This document shows positions 55,580-64,000 of a DNA stretch of 64,000 nt, piece by piece. Position numbers and translations under genes: made by a program. The notes beneath the pieces were generated by a model. The model searched no databases, was not told where the DNA came from, and worked only from the letters and a program-made list of their open reading frames with translations. Numbering within the stretch: position 1 is the stretch's first letter; every line of letters begins with the position of its first letter. This stretch comes from Eledone cirrhosa. Its lineage: Eukaryota. The DNA lies in the NCBI GenBank assembly GCA_964016885.1, contig OZ024746.1, positions 61,318,001-61,382,000 of the forward strand. Reading direction: 5' to 3'.

Positions 55580-58500
55580 TAACTTTGAATAACTTTGAAA
55601 TGTTTTGGCCAATATTGGCCCAGGCCATGTCTAACTTAATAGCACCACCTGGCGAAGTCTTTCAATTCAGGATTTGGGCACCATGGCCCATTCGAGAAGA
55701 GAATTACTGTTTGCGGAGACATATCCGGGTGTGGGTGGTTTGTCCGGGATTACTTGGAGGAATTTGTCCAAAGACTTCTTGAATTTTGTGTGGTCAGTTT
55801 CTGTTTTGACGTGTCCTGGTGTGATGTTGAAGAGAGCAGGGCCGATTGAGGTGAAATAATTGTGCCGTATTGTTGTTATGAGTTGCGATTTAGATTTTTG
55901 AATGGGACGGATAGCACGGGGCCCAAGCCTTGGGTGTATCTTGAAGGCGATGCCAACATCATTTGGGCAGTGATGATGGAACATTTTCCACATCATGCAG
56001 ATAATATAACGCTCACGGCGACGTTGGAGTGAGTAAAGTTTCAGGTTTTCCAATCGACCCCAGTAGTCAAGGTCTGACATGCCATCTATCTTTTTCGTGA
56101 TTGCCCTTTGAGGAGCTTCAAGTTTCATGATACTTTGTTTCGTGTGGGGAGACCACAGTGGACAACAGTATTCAAGGTGTGGTCGGGCGAAAGTAGAGAA
56201 GAGAAGGATAATGGTGCGGGAATCTCTCGACTGGAAGGTTCTGAGGATCCAGGAACACATTCTGCGGGCCATGTCAACTTTGCTGCTTATATGCGTGGTC
56301 CAGCTTATGTTGCTGTCCACGGTTACTCCCAAGTCTCTGATGTTGTTAGATGCCACGAGAGTTTCCCCGGAGGGAAGGGAGTACGGGAGTTTCAGAGCAT
56401 CCTCTTTTCCAAAGTGGATCAGTTCGAATTTGTCTTCGTTCAGTAACATGTTGTTCTTTTCTGCCCATTGGGTAACAGCCAGTAGGTCTGACTGAAGGCT
56501 TATCCGGTCATCCACGCCATTGATGACCTTTTGGAGCTTGGAATCATCAGCGAAAATTTTAATGTTGCTGTGTTTGATGATGTCAGTGATGTCATTAATA
56601 TAGATGATGAAGAGAAGTGGGCCCAACACAGTGCCTTGTGGGACTCCACTACTGACTTTGGCTGGGCTTGATTTGACTCCCTCAACTACAACATGTTGGG
56701 TTCTGTTTGACAGGAAGCTCTTGATCCACTGCAGCAGCTTTCCAGTGACACCAATATTGGACAGCTTTCTCAGTAGAATGTTATGATCAACCCTGTCAAA
56801 GGCCTTGTTGAAATCAAGGTAGATAACATCAGTGTTGGAACCCTCTCCCAAGGCTCTCAAAATGTCATCAAAGTGATGCAGTAGTTGCGTCAGGCAATCC
56901 CTTCCATTACGGAATCCATGCTGGTTGGAGTTCAGCATATTGTTACTCTCAAGGAAGTGGGTCATTCGCGATCTCACCACTCGCTCAAATACCTTAATGA
57001 CATGAGAGGTGAGTGAGATTGGACGGTAATTCACGGCAAGGGATTTGTTTCCCTTTTTGAAAACTGGGACAACAGACTGGGATAGAAGGTTTTCTGGCAC
57101 ATATCCAGCATCCAGTGAGTTCCGCCACAGATTGGCAAGAGGAGAAGCAAGTTGGTGTTGACACGCCTTCAAGACACAAGCAGGGAACCTATCGGGACCT
57201 ACTGCTGAATTATGCTTGATTTCCTTTATTGCCGCCAAGACATCAGGGGCGCCAAACGTTATGTCTGATAAGGTGTAATGGGGAGTAACATCGCCGATGC
57301 AGCCCAGATCGGCCATATCAGGATTGCTGAAAACAGAGCAGTATTGTTTCTGCAGTATCTCACCCATGGTTTTAGCATTGTCTTGAAGAGTGCCATTTTC
57401 ATCAATTAGAGGGCCAACAGTAGAGCCAGTGATTTTGTGTTTTTTTGCAAATGAAAAGAACACTTTGGGATTGAGTTTGATCTTCTCAATGGCCCAGGCC
57501 TCTTCAGCTCTTCTCTGATTGTTGATGAGGGACATTATGTTGTTTTGGAGGTTATGTTTTTTAATCTCTAGTGATGAAATGGCAGTCAAGTTGATGTGTT
57601 GCTGCTGACAGTATTTCAGCTTGTTGATTTTTTTGTTCGTTCTCTTAATTTTTCTGATGAGCGTTTTTCTATTTCTAGGGATTCTGCTCTTAGATTTGTT
57701 TATAGTTCTTAATGGGGTGTGTTTAGCACATATGTTTGTAACAGTGTCCACAAATGTCTGCCAGGACTTTTTGATGTTAGTGGGTGTATGAGTGTGCGTG
57801 AAGGACCAGTCGACATGTGCAAGATCATGACTGATCGCTTCCCAGTTTGCATTGTGGAAATCCATAGCGTCAAACGGATGGGCAGGAGAAATGACATTGG
57901 GTTTGTATATTGGACGGTGGAATCTCAGATCACAGAGAACCATGTCATGATCAGAGAGTAGAGTTTTCTCCACTGCAATATTGTGGATATTGTCAGTGTG
58001 ATTGCTGAAAATTAAGTCTAGGACGTTTTTGTGGCACCTCGTTGGTTCGAGCACTAGTTGGGATAGGAAGAAATCATCCATGAAGTCAAGAAGCGATTCC
58101 ACAGCTTCCCTGTCAGAGGTTGAGGCAGAAGAACCTGGTGGCAGGGTGTTTGTGGACCAGTCAACTCCGGGGAGGTTGAAGTCCCCCATCATTAAGATGT
58201 TGTCAGGGTGACACTCTTGGATGAAACACTTTATGCTGTTGAGGCATTCCTTGAAGCATGGTACAGGCGTTTGGGGTGGCCTATAGAGCCCAACTACTAA
58301 TAGGTTGTTGGTTTGACTGAATACAGTGACTGCTTCACAGTATCCATTAGTGAATATGTTCATAGCCTCTGTTGAGAAAGAATTATGGACATAAATGGCA
58401 GTTCCGCCCTTTCTTCTGCCAGCGCGATCAGCACGGATGGCTTTGAAATTTTTCACTTTCACCTCGGCTTCCAAGTGGAGGTTACTGAGATGGGTTTCAG

Positions 58501-59590
58501 TGAGGACGAAGAAAGGGATGTGGTTTGGATGGACATCAATCCAGTCCTCCAGGAATTTGATCTTCCATTTTTGAGTATTGGTGGAAGGGCTGATGCCTTG
58601 GGCGTTAAGCAAAAATGTAGAGGCGAGGGTGGATGGTTTTAATTGTTTTGGTGTGTTGTTAATTTGTTTGTTTGTTAATGGCAGCAATGGGAGTTTGTGC
58701 AGTGGGGTGATAGTGGAGGGTGGTGCTGGGTGATAGCTCGAATGTTTTTTTCCAGTTCTTTTGCCAGATTCATTATGGCTAAAAAAGAGGAAGAAGTTTC
58801 CTGTTTAGAAGACTGTTGGTGACTGTGGTAGTGGTTATTTTTATGTAGGTTATGGTTTTTGTTTTTGCTTTTATTTTTAATTTTATTTTCATTTATCCGA
58901 CGGGTCCCCGGGAGATGGGTAAAGGGACAATCCCGGTCTAAACACAATCTGTCTCGCAGGGAAAAACGGCAGATTTGTGGATTCCTTGTTTGAGTTATTG
59001 GTGGTTGTGTTGGTGTTAAATTAGAGTATGTATTATGGTGGTGGCTGTTTGTGGGGATAGATCGTTTTTCCTAGGTAAATGGGTGAATTTGCAGCCACTA
59101 TCCGTACATATTCTATAGCGTAGAGAGTAGCGGCAAATGATGGGGTTTCGAGTGGGTGGGTATGTGGGTGTGGGTGTTGTGAGAGGTGTAGATGATGGTT
59201 TGGGTAGGATTTGACGACCTTTGTGGACTGTGGGAGGGAGAGTTCTTGTTCTGGTATTAGAAGGTAAATTCCTTGACATAGCAGTAGACAAAAATGTTGT
59301 AGTAGTAGTAGTAGTAGTAGGCAGAGATGTTGGCAGTGGTGATGATTGGACTGCTGGGCCAGAGAAAGGATGTGGCGTTTCATGCTGTGAGACAGAGGCT
59401 ACTGGGGGGTCAATAGTTTCATTTAGTAGATCGGCCATTGTTGATGAATCAAGGAGTGGTTCACACTGTTGTTGTTGCTGTTGTTGATGTTGTTGTTGTA
59501 GCTGTTGTTGATGTTGTTGTTGTAGCTGTTGTTGTTGTTGCTGTTGTAGCTGCTGTTGTTGTTGTTGCTGCTGCTGGACAGCATTCGAAG
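55580..59590 (-). mobile_element. CR1-like LINE, family B (partial ORF1 with two CCCH fingers, intact ORF2)
   Basis: ORF1 pieces CRYSLRYRICTDSGCKFTH and CRFSLRDRLCLDRDCPFTH; (TTCAAAGTTA) tail repeat. Confidence 0.92.
55667..58687 (-). CDS. LINE ORF2, uninterrupted APE endonuclease + reverse transcriptase (1006 aa, no AUG start)
   Basis: LLNAQGI, LTETHL, YRPP, MGDFN, SDHD; [30 protein letters not shown]. Confidence 0.95.
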   Translation of the reverse strand: MLPLTNKQINNTPKQLKPSTLASTFLLNAQGISPSTNTQKWKIKFLEDWIDVHPNHIPFFVLTETHLSNLHLEAEVKVKNFKAIRADRAGRRKGGTAIYVHNSFSTEAMNIFTNGYCEAVTVFSQTNNLLVVGLYRPPQTPVPCFKECLNSIKCFIQECHPDNILMMGDFNLPGVDWSTNTLPPGSSASTSDREAVESLLDFMDDFFLSQLVLEPTRCHKNVLDLIFSNHTDNIHNIAVEKTLLSDHDMVLCDLRFHRPIYKPNVISPAHPFDAMDFHNANWEAISHDLAHVDWSFTHTHTPTNIKKSWQTFVDTVTNICAKHTPLRTINKSKSRIPRNRKTLIRKIKRTNKKINKLKYCQQQHINLTAISSLEIKKHNLQNNIMSLINNQRRAEEAWAIEKIKLNPKVFFSFAKKHKITGSTVGPLIDENGTLQDNAKTMGEILQKQYCSVFSNPDMADLGCIGDVTPHYTLSDITFGAPDVLAAIKEIKHNSAVGPDRFPACVLKACQHQLASPLANLWRNSLDAGYVPENLLSQSVVPVFKKGNKSLAVNYRPISLTSHVIKVFERVVRSRMTHFLESNNMLNSNQHGFRNGRDCLTQLLHHFDDILRALGEGSNTDVIYLDFNKAFDRVDHNILLRKLSNIGVTGKLLQWIKSFLSNRTQHVVVEGVKSSPAKVSSGVPQGTVLGPLLFIIYINDITDIIKHSNIKIFADDSKLQKVINGVDDRISLQSDLLAVTQWAEKNNMLLNEDKFELIHFGKEDALKLPYSLPSGETLVASNNIRDLGVTVDSNISWTTHISSKVDMARRMCSWILRTFQSRDSRTIILLFSTFARPHLEYCCPLWSPHTKQSIMKLEAPQRAITKKIDGMSDLDYWGRLENLKLYSLQRRRERYIICMMWKMFHHHCPNDVGIAFKIHPRLGPRAIRPIQKSKSQLITTIRHNYFTSIGPALFNITPGHVKTETDHTKFKKSLDKFLQVIPDKPPTPGYVSANSNSLLEWAMVPKS

Positions 59591-59619
59591 AGAAAACACA
59601 CCGTATATATATATGTATA

Positions 59620-60347
59620 TTGCATGCTCCGCTGGATGTGTAACAGTAATATACGTGAACGGCAAAGCATAAACGAACTAAGGAATAAATTAGAGATAAG
59701 AGGGATCAGATGTTGTTTACTCGAGAGAAGGCTACGTTGGTATGGACACGTGATGCGCATGAAAGTCGATAGCTGTATAACAAAGTGCAGGGCAATAAAG
59801 ATAGACGGTAGTCACGGAATAGGCAGACCTAGAAAAACCTGGGACGAGCTGATAAACTCCGACATCACACACTTACACCTCTCCAAGACAATGTCACTGG
59901 ACCGAGACCTTTGGCGGTACTCAGTAACAGAGAAGACCCGCCTTACCTAAATATATAGTAAAACCTACTCCAGCCAGTAGGCATCTCTAACAAAATACAC
60001 CCCGTCCCACCACCCCCACCCCCACCCGATCCACACCACCCCGTTCTATGTAAAGTTATGTTGGTGCCGCGCCATCGAGGCCGAAACAAATGAGATCGTG
60101 TAGGTGTCACGACAAAAAAACACACAGTCCACGCTGTAATGTGGCCGTGTAGGCAACACGGTAAAAACCTCCCAGACCCACACTGTAAATGTGGTTGGTG
60201 TTAGGAAGGGCATCCAACTGTAGAAAACCTGCCAGACAGTCCTATGCGAGCAAGACAATCACTCTTGCCTCAAGTGGGACTACCCCCGTCCAAACCCATG
60301 CAAGCGTGGAACACGGACGTTAAACGTTGATGATGATGATGATGATG
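59620..60347 (+). mobile_element. RTE-like LINE 3' fragment, same family as 20577-21643
   Basis: [28 protein letters not shown], same 3' UTR and (TGA)n tail. Confidence 0.9.
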
Positions 60348-60541
<194 letters not shown>

Positions 60542-60542
60542 G

Positions 60543-60611
<69 letters not shown>

Positions 60612-60614
60612 CTG

Positions 60615-60649
<35 letters not shown>

Positions 60650-60662
60650 GTATATATATGTA

Positions 60663-61171
60663 AAATTGAAACAAAATGAAAACGAAATTTCATTTCTCAC
60701 TCTTAGTATGGCACTTACTTAAATGTAAGTATGCATGTATACGTACATACATATATGTATACAGACGTACAGTAGCATGCACATATATATATATATATAC
60801 ATATATATATACATATGCATACAGGTACACATACATATATGCACGTATCAGTTTAGCGGCGCTAACGTCGCTTTGTTCGTTTGTAAACAAACTGAACAGC
60901 TTGAATTTATGCCATACGGTGTTAAGGCAACCACGTCACCTTTTTGTTCAACACTGACACAGGAACGATGTACTAGTTTCAAGCTTGTTAGCTATCATCA
61001 GCACCGTTTACCCATCTGCCAGATAGTTGAACGTTCGAAAGTATATACTTTCCTTATGAAAATTAACGGCTGAGCAGCCTAATTTGCATATTGAGTGAGT
61101 TAAATCGGTCAGACATACCGAAAACGATAAATTGAAACAAAATGAAAACGAAATTTCATTTCTCACTCTTA
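60663..61171 (-). repeat. Dispersed ~1.1-unit copy of the 466-bp ribozyme repeat
   Basis: Near-identical to the array unit; terminal ~43-nt redundancy. Confidence 0.95.
60964..61008 (-). ncRNA. Minimal type I hammerhead ribozyme
   Basis: Same sequence as the array ribozyme. Confidence 0.85.
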
Positions 61172-62217
61172 AGTATACACTTCTCCCCGACAATTTCACG
61201 GTTTTCCTTGACGCATTGCCTAGCAATCCTGAACACCTCACGTTTTTGGTCATCGCGTTGTAGAACATGCTTGAACTTTCTTTCCTCAGCTTCCCTTCTT
61301 GCTAAGTACACTTCTCTCCTAGCTTCCCTCCTGGCCACTTGATAGTCTACTCTACTTCCCCCATCCCGCCATACTTTCCAAGCCTGCTTTTTGGCCTTAA
61401 TTGACCCCTCCACCTTACTGTTCCACCACCATGTTACTCTCCTCCTGCCTACAGGCCTGCTCCAGCCACAGACTTCGTCTGTCGCCAACAGCAGGTTTGC
61501 TTTCAGAAATTCCCACTGTCCCTCTATATTGTCCGATTCTAAATGTTCTTCCTTACTGTCGAAAGCATCAAGTAATATGCTTTGAAATTTATTTCTGGCT
61601 GTGGGGTCCTTTAGCTTCCATATTTTTCTCCTGAGGATAGTCCTCTTCTGCTGTCGAGTACGTCTCGTCCTGACTATGAGGTCGCTAATTATCAGTCTAT
61701 GTTGGGAGGTGCATTCTTCATGGGGGAGGGATTTAGTGTTTACAACAGACACTCTGTCACGTCTTCTGGTAAGGATATAATCTACCTGGCTTGTGTGTTC
61801 CCTGGATCTATAGGTGATCAGGTGATTGTCACGTTTTTTGAAGTTAGTGTTACAGATAGTTAGGTTATTTGCATCACAGAATTCCAGGATTCTGGAGCCT
61901 TCCTCATTTCTAGTACCAAACCCATAGCCTTCATGGATTTCGTCATAGCCGTCACAATGTTGTCCAACGTGACCATTTAGGTCGCCTGCAATAATTATAT
62001 AGTCACTGTCAGATATTTGGGAGGTAGTTAGCAACAGTGTCTCATAGAATCTGTCTTTTATAGTGCCGGGCAGTCCGGATTGGGGTGCGTACGCAGATAT
62101 TACTGTCACCGTAGTTCTATTGAGGACAAGTCGTATTTTAATTATTCTGTCGTTCACTCTATTTACGTCTATTATCTTATCTGCCCACTTTTCTGCTACC
62201 ATGATTCCTACTCCATG
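61172..62217 (-). mobile_element. RTE-like LINE internal fragment (APE endonuclease)
   Basis: [32 protein letters not shown]. Confidence 0.9.
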
Positions 62218-62266
<49 letters not shown>

Positions 62267-62345
62267 CTATATATGTATATATATATATATATATATAGAT
62301 ATACATATATATATATAGATATACATATATATATATAGATATACA

Positions 62346-64000
62346 TCGGACAGAACGTTTGGCGCCCCTGATGTCTTAGCGGCAATAAAGGAAATCAAGC
62401 ATAATTCAGCAGTAGGTCCCGATAGGTTCCCTGCTTGTGTCTTGAAGGCGTATCAACACCAACTTGCATCGCCTCTTGCCAATCTGTGGCGGAACTCACT
62501 GGATGCTGGATATGTGCCAGAAAACCTTCTATCCCAGTCTGTATTCCCAGTTTTCAAAAAAGGAAACAAATCCCTTGCCGTGAATTACCGTCCAATCTCA
62601 CTCACCTCTCACATCATTAAGGTATTTGAGAGAGTGGTGAGATCGCGAATGACTCACTTCCTTCTGAGTAACAATATGCTGAACTCCAACCAGCATGGAT
62701 TCCGTAATGGAAGGGATTGCCTGATGCAGCTACTGCATCACTTTGATGACATTTTGAGAGCCTTGGGAGAGGGTTCCAACACTGATATTATCTACCTTGA
62801 TTTCAGCAAGGCCTTTGACAGGGTTAATCACAACATTCTACTGAGAAAGCTGTCCAATATTGGTGTCACTGGAAAGCTGCTGCAGTGGATCAAGAGCTTC
62901 CTGTCAAACAGAACCCAACATGTTGTAGTCGAAGGAGTCAAATCCAGCCCAGCCAAAATCAGTATTGGGGTCCCACAAGGCACTGTGTTGGGCCCACTTC
63001 TCTTCATCATCTATATTAATGACATCACTGACATCATCAAACACAGCAACATTAGAATTTTCGCTGATGATTCCAAGCTCCAAAAGGTCATCAATGGCGT
63101 GGATGACCGGATAAGCCTTCAGTCAGGCCTACTGGCTGTTACCCAATGGGCGGAAAAGAACAACATGTTACTGAACGAAGCCAAATTCGAACTGATCCAC
63201 TTTGGAAAAGAGGATGCTCTGAAACTCCCGTACTCCCTTCCCTCCGGTGAAACTCTCGTGGCATCTAACAACATCAGAGACTTGGGAGTAACCGTGGACA
63301 GCAACATAAGCTGGGCCACACATATAAGCAGCAAAGTTGACATGGCCCGCAGAATGTGTTCCTGGATCCTCAGAACCTTCCAGTCGAGAGATTCCCACAC
63401 CATTATCCTTCTCTTCTCCACTTTTGCCCGACCACACCTTGAATACTGTTGTCCACTGTGGTCTCCCCACATGAAACAAAGTATCATGAAACTTGAAGCT
63501 CCCCAAAGAGCAATCACGAAAAAGATAGATGGCATGTCAGACCTTGACTACTGGGGTCGACTAGAAAAGCTGAAACTTTACTCACTTCAACGTCGCTGTG
63601 AGCGTTATATTATCTGCATGATGTGGAAAATGTTTCATCAGCACTGCCCAAATGATGTTGGCATCACCTTCAAAATACACCCAAGGCTTGGGCCCCGTGC
63701 TATCCGTCCCAAACAAAAATCTAAATCGCAACACATAACAACAATACGGCACAATTATTTCACCTCAATTGGCCCTGCTCTCTTCAACATCACACCAGGA
63801 CACGTCAAAACAGAAACTGACCACACAAAATTCAAGAAGTCTTTGGACAATTTCCTCCAAGTAATCCCGGACAAACCAGCCACACCCGGATATGTCTCCG
63901 CAAACAGTAATTCTTTTCTCGAATGGGGCATGGTGCCCAAATCCTGAGTTGAAAGACTTCGCCAGGTGGTGCTATTAAGTTAGACATGGCCTGGGCCAAT
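62346..64000 (+). mobile_element. 5'-truncated CR1-like LINE family B copy (RT ORF 62442..63947)
   Basis: Highly similar to the reverse complement of ~55615-57265; FADD. Confidence 0.93.

Overview
Eukaryotic, AT-rich animal DNA, most likely cephalopod/octopus (inferred from the very long TA/TACA microsatellites and the SINE/RTE repertoire). The core (21.7-43.3 kb, minus strand) is a cytosolic aspartyl-tRNA synthetase (DARS1) gene. I reconstructed 14 phase-compatible GT-AG coding exons; the last exon is not in the window. About 1.2 kb upstream and head-to-head is a short first coding exon, MSRRKQLKPQHFS, the NuRD-binding N-terminus typical of Spalt/SALL-, BCL11- and FOG-type zinc-finger factors. 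Both flanks are (TA)n-rich and packed with young retroelements: CR1-like and RTE-like LINEs and internally deleted RTE derivatives. Main finding: three unrelated non-coding repeat families each carry a type I hammerhead ribozyme fold. They are (i) a 466-bp tandem array with 12 ribozymes plus an inverted arm and a dispersed copy (14 in total), (ii) a 597-bp partial tandem with a U3-A8 core variant, and (iii) a pseudo-LTR-like solo element. Families (i) and (ii), and a degenerate relative of (iii), share an inverted-arm geometry, consistent with Penelope-like/retrozyme elements. Thirteen ribozymes are sense to the DARS1 transcript in its presumed last intron. Second finding: two divergent CR1-like LINEs both lack an ORF2 AUG and have an in-frame U_UUU_UUA slippery site that would fuse ORF1 to ORF2 by -1 frameshifting. 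All folds and alignments were done by eye; no searches were run.
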